Source of the DNA: the human T2T-CHM13v2.0 reference genome, Homo sapiens
Length of the DNA stretch: 64,000 bases
Reading direction: 5' to 3' (one strand)
Assembly: GCF_009914755.1 (NCBI RefSeq)
Contig: NC_060929.1
Below the pieces are notes generated by a model. The model was not told where the DNA came from. It saw only the letters and a list, made by a program, of their open reading frames with translations, and made no database searches. The translations under genes and the position numbers were made by a program. Positions 28,786 to 40,435 of this stretch are shown here, one piece after another (position 1 is the stretch's first letter; every line of letters starts with the position of its first letter).

Positions 28786-30457
28786 TTATCTTTGTTATGT
28801 TGTAGAGCTCTGTCCAGGATAGAATGTGTTACCTTTATGTCACACCATTATATGTGAACCAAACCTTATTTTATTCTACTATAAGACTGCTGTGAATTTT
28901 TTCTTTCAGTTTTTCTTTTTCTAATAATCAAGGGCTTTATTTCCTATTTATATCCTATTACCTTCCAGCTCAAATTCCAGAATCCTAAAAAGTATTTTGT
29001 CCTTTTCTCTCTATTTATATTTCCAAGTACACAGAGAACATTAGCTCATTTCTGTTGACTCTTTTTTTTTGCTTTTTAAATGTGGTCTTTGGGAATCTCC
29101 TATGCCATTGAGAATGATGCGCTTCAAAGAGTTGTCTTCTATGCTTTCTGTTGTCAAAGTAATTGTTTTTGTTCATCAATCTGCTTCTCCAGTCAGGGGC
29201 TGATAACCTTGTTTGAACACTGAATGCATAGTTTATCAGTTATAAAGGAGAAATTTGCCTTAAAAGAGTATAAATCTTGATAGGGCAGGAGACAATGTGT
29301 AATTGAAATTTTAAGCAAGACTCATCAGCTAGATTGCTGAGAGTGATACCTGTGTCAGGAAGTCAAGAAAAGATGAATGTCAGGATAATCAGTATGAAAT
29401 ATGTCTAAAACCTGGAGTGAGAAACATGGATTTGATTTAGAAATTTGGACATGGAAATAATTTTCTTTAACAAATGTTATGTATGCCAACATCATTTATA
29501 TACATCTTTCATTCAGAAAATATAGAAGACTTTAGGTTTTGAGTTAAAGATTTGAGTGTCTTATATCTGTTTTCCGGAAAATTCTCACTGTTTAGTAGAA
29601 TACATAGAGCTAGTTTAACCCCATCAAACCAATGAGAAAATATGAATTTAATACCAAAGAACTTAAGTGTTTATGATTGTATCATAAAGGTCTTAGAGTA
29701 GACAATGACCAGGCAGACATTTAAAATAATCCTGTAGGAGGGCTTTTTCAATTTCAATTTTTATTTCTTTATTATTTACATGCATAAAATATAGATCCCT
29801 TGTCAATGACAATTTTATAGATAATTCATTTATTTGCTTGAAAGCTACTCATTTGTTTCCTCTGAGAAGACTAATAATAAACCTCATTATTTTTAAAATA
29901 AAAGAATTGATTAAATGTAATACAGTTGTTGATTTTAAAAATCCATTTGTGCAGAAGCATTTAGCTGAAAATAAAATCATATATTCTGTCATATTTCAAT
30001 GATCATAGGGACATATAACTAGACTGAGTTGCCCTCTCATTTAAAAAGAAAATGATTAGATATTCTTTCCCATAAGGAATTCTATAATATTAATTAAATG
30101 TGTGGTATAAAGAGCTGGTATATTTTTTTTTAGAATTATTTGATTTTATTTTTCCCTAGAACTCTTAAACTTCAGCTTCACCAAGTAACAGGCTGACTTT
30201 TGGAATAAAAACTCTTTCCCAGTTTGTAACCCTTTCCAGAAGACAGAATTTATTAAATAACATGGTTCCGGGATGTTTCCACCCCAGAATTCTAAACCAG
30301 TCACAGAATCATTTCTTCTAAGGTCTTGATTACAATCAAACAATCTACAGACACATGTAACAGAATAAAAATAGTATATAATGTTTCTTTCCTTCTCTTG
30401 CTCAATACACTTCCCTCTTTTCCCCCAAAGAGTTTGTTACTCAAAGTTGTATGAGTA

Positions 30458-30789
30458 CAGTCAGCCCTCCATATCCATAAGTTCTACATCCATGTAGAAC
30501 TGCCAATAAAAAAATTCAGAAAAAACATTCCACAAAGTTCCAAAAAAGCAAAACTTAAATTTGCTGAACACCAAGCACTATATTGAATCCATGCAAATGA
30601 AGTGATGTGTGTGTATTTTATTAGGTATAAGTAATCTTCAGATGATTTAAAGTACACAGGAAGATGTATGTAGGTTATATGCAAATACCATATAACCCAT
30701 TTTATATAATGGGACTTGAGCACCCAAGGATTTTGATATCCAGTGGGGTTCCTGGAAACCAATCCCCCAAGGATACCAAGGGATGACTG
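30458..30789. mobile_element. MER2-type TcMar-Tigger MITE
   Basis: Terminal inverted repeats CAGTCAGCCCTCCATATCC / GGATACCAAGGGATGACTG, flanked by TA on both sides; ~330 bp. Confidence 0.82.
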
Positions 30790-30916
30790 TATTGCCCTTT
30801 CCAAGAAAGCATCTATCAGCTCTGATTCATGACACAGAATAAGGAATTCCTTATTCATAAAACAATATAATAAGTATTCTGAGCTAACTGTTCTCAGCCA
30901 TCAACAAATTAAACAT

Positions 30917-31034
30917 GGCCATATGTGGTGGCTCATGCCTGTAATCCCAGCACTTTGGAAGCCAAGGCAGGAGGGCTGCTTGAGCCCAGGAGGTTGAGAC
31001 CAGCCTGAGCAACCAATGAGACCCCATCGCAAAA

Positions 31035-31081
<47 letters not shown>

Positions 31082-31221
31082 AAAAAAAGAAGCCATTCCC
31101 AGCTACTTGGAAAGCTGAGGTAGGAGGATTGCTTGAGGCCCGGGAGGTCAGGGGTTCAGTGAGCTGTGATTGCACCACTGCACTCCAGCTTGGGAAATAA
31201 AGCAAGACCCTGTCTCAAGAA
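30917..31221 (+). mobile_element. AluJ with (AAAT)n-expanded central linker
   Basis: AluJ-type GCTTGAGCCCAGGAG and GGAGGATTGCTTGAG; TSD AACAAATTAAAC at 30903-30914 and 31222-31233. Confidence 0.88.
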
Positions 31222-34039
31222 AACAAATTAAACTTGTTTGACTCTATATTTGACTTTGCTTTAATCAAAATCTTCTATTTGCAAAAACCAAACCCTATTT
31301 TTAAAACTCCTTACAATTTCCATTACGACTTGGAGAGGATGGAGGGAATGGGGAAGAGTTGGTTTGTTTTGTGGAAGGAGATTCTGAAAAGGGCAGTTAT
31401 TTAGTTTGAAGTCATTAAGTAGAAAAACAAATGTTCTTTGTTTGATAATGACAACTCTTGTAGATAAAGACCAAAAGATTCTGGTCCTGAAATTATATTA
31501 TAATATTGTTTTCAATACATTCAGAATTTATATTACTCTTGAATTTCTTTTCCCTGAGATTGGATTCAAAGTTTGGTAGAGATACTTTAAAGAGATAGTT
31601 AGTAGGGGTGAAGAGGAAACAATGTTTATGTCTAACAGCACCTGGGCAAATGTGTAACATCTGTCATTTTGATCTCAGCATCTATCTCTCTCCCTTGAAT
31701 CTGCAAATGTTATAGAAGGAGATGATTGTTTTCCTTTTTATTCTTATTTGCTTGGACTCTCTCTCCCATTACATCCACCCCAACATTATTATCACTAATC
31801 ATAAAAATGAATTGCCTTTCCAAAGATATGCTATAAAGCAAACCTTCAATGTCAGGTTGTTTAGATTTAGAAGAGAAGGGCTCAAGTGAGTTTGCTTTTA
31901 TTCATACAATTATTAGGGAAAACAAGCAAAATTTCCAGTAACCCCAAACACTGCCTTTTCTCCCTGGATCTAGTTAATTCCTATCAACTCTTTAGTTCAC
32001 TCTAGGGACTGGCTCTAGGAGATCCTGACACCTAAAATACAGGTACAGATTAGCTTGCATAAACTTTTCGGTCCAGGTCTTGGCCTCCAGTCTTATGATG
32101 GGCTGGTGGAATATTGCTTCATCAGATGCTTGTGACAGGGGCTGCAAACTCGCTCAGGCTTCATAGTTGAAGGAAGAGGCAGTTCATTTGTTGAACAGGC
32201 ATCACAGAAGGTTCCTCTGCAGTTTTTACACACATTCTTTGTTAGGCTGACATCTTCCCGGCGTAGCTGACATACCTGTGGTTTCTCAGAGAGCAGCAGC
32301 TGATCCTGTTCATCCATAGGGTGGGGTTGCAGTCTGTGGCTTTCTTCCAGAGGCATTTTTAGTTTAACATTTTCCTCTTGCATTTTATGCTTCCCATCCA
32401 TCTTGGATTCTGGCTTCTGGGAACCCTTTCCTGGGATACTCCTGTTGTTTTGTAATTTTCTTTCTTTTTCCTGTTTTAGTTCCAACTCAAGCTGGTTCTG
32501 CTGCCTGGTGAGCTCCTCGACTTTTAGCTGCAGACAGTTGATCTTGTCTTCAAAGTCCTGTTTGAAGAGCCGGTTGTCCAACTCAGCAGACCGACAGCTC
32601 TGCTCAGCCTGGTGCAATCTTTGTTCAAGTTGTTTAATGATAACAGCCATCTGATTAGTCTTCTCTTCCAAGCTACTATTTAGTTCACTTTTCTGTTTTA
32701 CTCCTAAGTCTGAACTCTGCAGCTTAAAGGCAAGTTCATGCTTGAGGGGCCTGAGATCATCCACCTGCTGCTGAAGACATACCAGGGCATCCTGCTTCTC
32801 ACAGACATCCTTCTCCAGCATCTTCATATCTCCTGCCTCATGCTGATCTGCATCTCCAGTTCTTTTTCAACATCCAGTGGTAATTGTGTCTCTTCTTTTA
32901 AATGCTTTCTTGCTTCATTTAGTGCTTGCCCTGTTGCAGTTCTGTCTTGCTTGGGACCCTTTCAACTGGATTCCAGTATGTAGGAACTTTCCTCTCTAAC
33001 TCGTTACATTTCTTCTTGTAAGGTAATAATCCTGTTGTTTGCAACCGCAAGCTCCTCTGTCAGTTTAGTGTTGGATTTTTCTAATGCATCTACTTTTGCC
33101 TGAAGGTTGTTTACAGTAGCATTCAAATGTCTGTTGGGTTCTTCTACAAAGTTCTTCTGGTCCAGAATCGCAGTAATCTGACTGTCTCCTTCACTAACTT
33201 TACTGCTGTTCCCGTCCTTGAGATACATTGAAAAATCTGTAACTCCAGCCTGAGAGTCCAAGTCTTCTCCTTTCACACAGAAATTGGCATCAGTTACATT
33301 CAGACCCACCAACAGGCCAGCAATTATGGCTCCTTCTTCTTCCATCATAAGGGCACTGGGTTCGTAGAATTCACTGAGAAGTTCTTTCTTATTGATCAAA
33401 GCTTTCATATATTTGAAAGTTTCTTTTGCATTAATGCCAAGCGAAGGCAGGCTCTTCCTCTACCTACTGGCGTCTTAAGTCCTGGAAGATCTTTAAAACT
33501 TGCTGTTATCTCTGCGGCTCCTGGAACAGGCTTTTCTACCAGTTCTAGAGCCCCCCAGAAGGATTTATTTTGTCCAAGTTTTTTTTTTTTTTTTTAGAGC
33601 TTTCAAGCCATATTTCAGACAGTGCTCCATCACCACAAAGAATTGCTGAAGAGGTGCATAGTCAGAGTCAAGAGTCCTCTCCAGGTTCAGAGCTGATTCA
33701 GTCAAGCCCTTGATAGTCAGCTTGGCCGTGTTCATGAGGTTCATGTGTTCCTTAGCCATGAGATAATTAGGATGGTGCTTGCCGCTGCCGCTGCAGCGCT
33801 GCTGCTCAGGTAGCTCAGCAGCAGGAAGGGTAGCGGGCAGCAGGCGACAGCGGGGTCCTCCAGGAGCGCTGCTGCTCAGCTGCGGGCGCACTCCGAAGCC
33901 GGCTCCTCGATCGCCTGGGTACAGCAGGAAGAAGGGGGCGGCCACGGCAAGGCAGCCTCCGACTGCCCGGCGGGGGAGGCCGGCGGCGGCCCCTTCTCGC
34001 CCTCTCCTATAAGCAGTTTTATAAGCTTCCTGAGACTAG

Positions 34040-34070
34040 AAAAAGAAAAGAAAAGAAAAGAAAAGAAAAA
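34040..34070. repeat. (AAAAG)n tract, followed by a 20-bp tandem duplication at 34081-34120
   Basis: AAAAAG(AAAAG)n; TTTTATATGCGTATAATTTT twice. Confidence 0.9.
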
Positions 34071-37000
34071 TCAGTCTCTATTTTATATGCGTATAATTTT
34101 TTTTATATGCGTATAATTTTTTTTTTAACCAAAAACTCATTATGGACAAAACAAACTACCATCCCACTCCAAATTATCTCTGCATCATGCTCACAACCTC
34201 AGCACAAAGTTCAATAGAAGTTTATTGGATATGTTGGCTTCAATCATTGAGTGCCGTAATGATGAAATTTCGTCAGTTTTTGTAAACATTCTCTGAGGCC
34301 AGCTAAAACTCAGGCTGTTCTGAGGGTTACACTAATTTTGAGAAAGGCTTGCAATGAGGATCCCTTTTTTTGTCTACCTCAGAAAAAATATAAGGTTTAA
34401 AACCAGAGTTCTTCGTTAATGTCACACATCTAAAACCTAGATACACAGGATAATTACTTTATCGCTATGGTAATTAATATATAAATATTTTAGAATATTA
34501 GGAAAATTTAGAAAGTTTTGCTAGTGCTGTTTGCCTTCATTAGGAAATGCTTAAACAATAAATTGATAACGATTGTTAAAAAATTAATCTGTGACATTAA
34601 ATTTTATTTCCAAATATGTTTTATGGGAATTGTATTCTACTTTTTGTATTTTTACCACAGTCTTTTATTATACTACGTATAAACCTGTATTTAATATCAT
34701 ATATGTTTTTGTCTTTGACATTTGAGAGTTCCCTATTTTTATGAAATAATCAGCTTTGTAAATATTTCTTATTCTATTTTAAATACTTGGTTCTAAATTA
34801 CATGAAATACCAGTTTTAAGTATGGTTTTGTGGACAATTAGACACACCAAAAAGTCACCACCACAGAATTATCGTTTAGTGAGAGGCCTTAAGCATGGAA
34901 ATTGTTAAAGTAAACTTCTCTAACCACAATGGTTGAATGACTTATTCACAGTGGTAATGGAACTATTTGGGTCACTTTCAGAAAAAAAAAAATTATATAG
35001 TTATGTTACTGCAATTGCAATACATCACTGTATTATTAAAAATGGAAATTATATTTTTACTATTTTTTTGCCTCTCTTCGCCCACCCCCACAAAACAAGG
35101 TCCTACTAATTTAGCGAGAAAGTTAACAAGTTACATTTTAATCTGATGCAAGAAAATTTAGACTATTCAGGTATTATTTTTAATTCAAAACAAAGAGTAT
35201 GTGTGTCTTCCTCACTTTGTGAGACTGAGATAGCATTGAAAATCATCAAATAATTTTTATGTAAAGTTGTAAATTTTAAAAAATGTTTTGAAATGCTTTC
35301 AAAGCAATATTTTAAACATGTTTTGAATGTGTTGCCATACACTGTGATTTACATAAGCAAATCTCACCAAAAACAGTGATTAATGTACTTATCATTTTCA
35401 TTTTAGTGATGAAAAAATTTTGGATTCTTCCACATGGCCTCTAAGAGTGCCATCCAATTCAAAAGGGAATTTTTAATAATTAACCATTCAAAATCTTTAA
35501 ATGCTTGATGCATTGTAAACACTTATGCTTACAGAACTTCAAAAGAGGAAGGGAACCTATAAGTTAGTAGAAAAGAAGGTTAAGTTTCATGGTTACTAAA
35601 AATATTTGAGAGAGATGGATTAATATGCAGTATACATTTCCTGACAGAATTAATTAAAAACAATTTTTAAAGATATTAAATATGAAGGTGTTAAACAGTG
35701 GGAAAAGGAGTAGCTTTTCCAAGAAAAAAAAATGATGCTTATGTTGGACACGGTGGGCAGGGAGAAATTCAGATTCTTTTGAAAATGTAAGTACAATATA
35801 AAAAGCACATACACAAAATTTAGTTTGGATTTGTTTTCTTTTCTAGTTTTAGCAACTGAAGTCCAATGTTGTTTTAGTGACTGGGCATGATTGTACTTAT
35901 CCACATCTTTCCCAAAAATGTATGCATACATTTTCTGTCTTCACTTATATTTTATATCTATGTTATCATATTTGGCAGAAAATTATTCTCTACATAGGCA
36001 TTGTAGCATTTTACATAATTCTAATTAGGCATATATCATGACATATATGGTATAGATCATCCTGGTACTATTGCTAACAAAGTAAAATTTTGCTGAGAAA
36101 GTAAGATGAGAATCTTAGAAGCTTTGATTATCAGATGCTGAGGACAGCTGTGGTATTAAAAGCTAATAGTTTGAAAACAATAATCTACTGAAAAAATGAT
36201 GGTACAGAATGACCATATGCATTATGCTATGTAAAAAGAAAGCATATAGACACACACACACTAGCTATAGAAAGAGACATATTTATATAACACCTCAGTT
36301 TTTCTTTAACATAGTTGGTTTTTCCTTTTTTCCCCCATTACTTCTGACAAGTTCAGTACATTGTATAGTTTTTAACCTTCAAAGTTCTTGCTAAGATTAA
36401 GTTTTGCTAAGATTAAGAAAAGTGCTTTTGTGCTAATATTGTTTACACTAGAAAAAGCATGAAGGTGTTTTGAGAGATTGTCAAACTCAGCCACCCCTCA
36501 ATAAACATAAAATTTAATCAAAATCAGTGTACTTCCTAGAAAAACCCAGCTTTAAAGTGAGCTGCCTACTCTGCTTTTGCAAAAAGCAGAAACACACAAA
36601 CACACCCACACACCCCTATCCATTCCCACCACGCAAATACTCCCGGACAAAAGTCTTTCGCTAAACTTTATCTATACAGAGGTTCTAGATGCAACCATGA
36701 TATAAGGAAAATTGAATCTGAATTTCAAATTTAATTTTCCCTGAATGTGTACATGGAATGTGTGTGTGTATATGAAATAATTATATGTTGCTGTTCTCAA
36801 CTGATTATAATGCTATTACGTAATCAATTTTACATTGTGAACATTAATTTTTTTAAATTTATGGACAAAATAATATCTGTTCACTGTGGATAACATGATA
36901 TTTTGGAGTATAAATATACATTGTGGAATGATTAAATCTATATAATTAACATATGTATTACCTCACATAGTTACCTAACCATAGTTACTGTATTATACAA

Positions 37001-38681
37001 TAGATGTCCTGAACTTTTTTCTCTTCTCTAATTGGAATTTTGTATCCATTGACCAATGTTTCCCCAACACCTACCCCTACCAACCCAGTACCTGGTATCA
37101 CTCTCCTGTTCTCTACTTCTGTGAGATTAACTTTTTTTAGATTCCACATATGAATTAGATAATGCAGTATTTGTCTTTCTGTGTCTGACTTATTTCACTT
37201 AGCATAATGTCCTTTAGGTTTATCCAGACTGTCCTTCTTTTGATAGCTGAATAGTATTCCAGTGTGTACATATAAATATTTTCTTTTTTCATTAATCTGT
37301 TGATAGACACTTAGGTTATATCTTGGTTATTGTGAATAATACTAAAACAAACATAGCAGTGCAAATATTGCTTCAACAGACTGATTTCATTTCCTTTGGA
37401 TGTATACCCAGTAGTGGGAATGCTGGATCATGTGGTGGTCTTATTTTTAATTTTTTGAGAAAGCTCCATATTGTTTCCATAATGGCTGTACTAATACACA
37501 TTCCCACCAACAATGGGCAAATGTTTCCTTTCCTTTACTTCCTTGCTAACACTTAGCTCTTGTCTTTGATCATAGCCATTCTAACATGTGCTTGGTCATA
37601 TCTTGGTCATATCTCACTGTGGTTTGGATTTGCATTTTCCTGATAATCAATGATGTTGAACATTGTTTTTTATGTACCTGATTGCTATTTGAATGTTGTC
37701 TTTTGAAAAATGCCTATTCAAGTCCATTGTACAGTTTTTGAGTTATTGCTTCTTTTGCTATTGAGTTGTTTGAGTTCCTTCTATATTATGTGTATTAACC
37801 CCTTATTAAATACATAGTTTGCTAATATTTTTCCTGTTCAGTAGGTTGTCTCTTTATTCTGTTGATTGTTTCCTTTGTTGTGAAGAACCTTTTTAGTTTG
37901 ATGTAATCCCATTTGTCTATTTTTGCTAGCGTTGCCTGTGCTTTTGGGGCCATATTCAAAGTTATTGCCCAGAACAGTGTAATGGAGATTTTTCTCTATT
38001 TTTTTCTAGTAGTTTCATAGTTTTGGGTCTTACATGTAAGTCTTTAATTATTTTTGAGTTTATTTTGGTATATGGTGTGAGATAGGGTCTAATGTTTTTC
38101 TTCTGCATGTGCATATCTAGTTTTCCCAATAGCATTTATTAGAGAGCCTGTCCATGCATCACTGTATGTTCTTGATGCCTTTGGTGAATATCAGTTGACT
38201 GTAAATATGTGGATTTACTTCTGGGTTCTGTATTCTATTCCAATGTTCTACGTGTCTGTTTTTATTACAGAAATATGCTATTTTATTTACTACAGTTTTG
38301 TAGGGTATTTTGATTCAGGTAGTGTGATGTCTCCAAACTTTCTTCTTTTTGCTCAAAATTGCTTTGGGTATTTAGGATCTTTGTGGTTCCATAATAATTT
38401 TAAGGTATTTTTCCTATTTCTGTGAAGAAAGTCATTGGCATTTTGATAGGGATTGTGTTGAATTTGTAGATTGCTTTGGATAATAAGATCATTTTATCAA
38501 TATTAATTCTTCAGATCTATGAACACAAGAAATCTTCCCATGTATTTGTGTCTTCTTCAATATCAATGTTTTATAGTTTTTAATGGAGAGATTTTTCACC
38601 TTCTTAATTTTTTTTTGTAACTATTATAAATGGGTTAGTTATACATTTTCTTTTTCAGATAATTTGCTGTTAGTATATAAA

Positions 38682-38764
38682 ACCACATTTCCCTCATTCA
38701 GATGCTGGTGCCTGCAGTGGAAGTTGCTTGTGGTATGTCTGGTCCAGCCACAGCTTCAAACAGA
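38682..38764 (+). repeat. 83-bp insertion copied from the downstream LTR (40062-40144)
   Basis: Three mismatches only (two CpG>TpG); it interrupts otherwise L1-like sequence. Confidence 0.93.
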
Positions 38765-39245
38765 TTTTTGCATGGTGACTTTTTATTCTGCAACTTGACT
38801 GAATTCTTTTATTAATCCTAGTAGTTGTTTGGTGGCATCTTTAGGGTTTTCTATATTATAACATCATATTTGCAAAGACAGACAATTTAACTTATTCATT
38901 TATGATTTGGATATCTTTTATTTCTTCCTCTTGCCTAATTGCCCTGGTTAAAACCTGAAGTTCTATATTAAATAAAAGGAGCAAGAGTGGGCATTCTTGT
39001 CTTATTCCAGATCTGTGAGAAAAAGCTTTCAAATTTTCACTGTTGAATATTATGTTAGCTATTGCTTTGTCTTATATAGTCTTTCTTGTGTTTAGGTACA
39101 TTCTATACCTGATTTGTTCAGTGTTTTTAACAATAAAATAAAGTTAAATTGTATTCAATGCATTTTCTGCATCTATTATAATGAGTGTATGAATTTTGTT
39201 CCTTATTCTATTAAAGTGATGTTTCACATTTGTTAATTTAGACAT

Positions 39246-40435
39246 TGGTGGCGAGAGGCAGACAGTTTCCTAGGCAGGAAGGGGTGGGTCCCTAGTGAAA
39301 CAGCACCTTCAAGCCAGGGATGGCCTGAACCTATGGGGTTGGGCTTCCAGTTCCAGGTGAAGTCCTCCACCAGGAATGAGAACTTTCTTGGTGCCTTTTG
39401 GTCAATCAAGTGATGCTTTATCCAGCCAGATTAGACACTCCTTGGGACCACCTTACTGCTGATAGGATATACCCACTTTGTGTCTCCTCTCTGCGGACAG
39501 CCTTTTGGTCACCCAGTAAAGCTCTTCTCCACCTTGCTCACCCTCTAATTGTCCATGTAACCTCATTCTTCCTGGACATGGGACAAGAACTCGGGACTGC
39601 CAAACAGCAGGCATGAAAGGGGCTTTAACACATTCCTGGCTGGCTTACCAGGCTGTGGGTGATGACATGCTCCCAGATCGTGGGAGTGAAAAGTGATGAC
39701 CCTTCTGGGGTCCCAGACCTTAGGACTCCCTGAACCAGAGCTGTAACACTATAGCCCTCTCACCCTCTGCTGGTGCTGGGTGGCTGACCCACACAACACC
39801 AAGCAGTGGTGAGGCTGGACCAGCCCAGGAGCCACTGGCCAGAGCAGGGCAGTAAGACTGAAATAGCTGTAACACAAATGGGCCTGCAACAAACCTACCC
39901 CCTTACTTACCGTGCTGCAGATGACAAAAAGAAGGAGGAGAAAAGAGCTGCAGCCCTTCTGGGAGTTCAGACCTCAGGGCTTCCTGAGCCAGGGCTGTGA
40001 CATGCCCTAACACACTCTTTGGGACTCTGCAGTTCCTGGCGTCTCTGAGCTTTCAGGCACCACCACATTTCCCTCATTCAGATGCTGGTGCCTGCAGCGG
40101 AAGTTGCTTGCGGTATGTCTGGTCCAGCCACAGCTTCACACAGAGCCAACGCCTGTGCCAGTGCCTGAAGCTGCCTGCCCCACTGCAGCAGCTGACATGC
40201 ATGACTGTGCACAGTGGCCGGACCCCATGTTCAGTCACTCACACATGGTTTGCTGCTGTGCGCCTGGCTTGCCCTTGGCAGGTGTGGGATCCAGGTCAGT
40301 AGTGTGAACCAGATGCAGCCTGCTGGGCTGAGTGGGTGGAACAAGCCCAGCAGGCATGATCAAAACTCAGGCAGAGGCCCCACCAACCACAGAGGTTTCT
40401 GTCTAGTGAAGCGACACCCAAAGGATCCTGTGACA
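39246..40435 (+). mobile_element. ERV1 solo LTR, MER52/LTR27-28 group
   Basis: TG...CA ends, GC-rich ~1.2 kb, 3' end GAAGCGACACCCAAAGGATCCTGTGACA and internal CCTCATTCTTCCTGGACATGGGACAAGAACTCGGGAC; exact subfamily uncertain. Confidence 0.72.

Larger units (their letters stand above)
30123..34007 (-). pseudogene. RUFY3 (pseudogene): Processed pseudogene of RUFY3 long (RUN + coiled-coil + FYVE-like) isoform, 5'-truncated
   Basis: Intronless ORF fragments recognisable as RUFY3: HHPNYLMA...[20 protein letters not shown] (33565-33945), [17 protein letters not shown]... (33004-33408) and MKMLEKDVCEKQDAL...CKNC..TFCDAC..RVCSPCHKHLMKQYSTSPS* (32093-32827). Broken by an expanded A run (~33578-33595), frameshifts (~33410, ~32830) and a nonsense codon at 33004. 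The coding part is secure. The left boundary is inferred from minus-strand AATAAA (30145-30150) 13 nt before an A9 tract (30123-30131). No clear TSD. Confidence 0.9.

Noticed and set aside
32093-33945. Functional RUFY3 gene
   Set aside because: Intronless, 5'-truncated, with frameshifts and a nonsense codon; the 33945 'Met' is a GTG.
34008-34070. (AAAAG)n as the poly(A) tail of a twin-primed (5'-inverted) retrocopy
   Set aside because: No AATAAA before it and no matching left TSD found; the signal plus A tract at 30123-30150 fits better. Not fully excluded without a BLAST.
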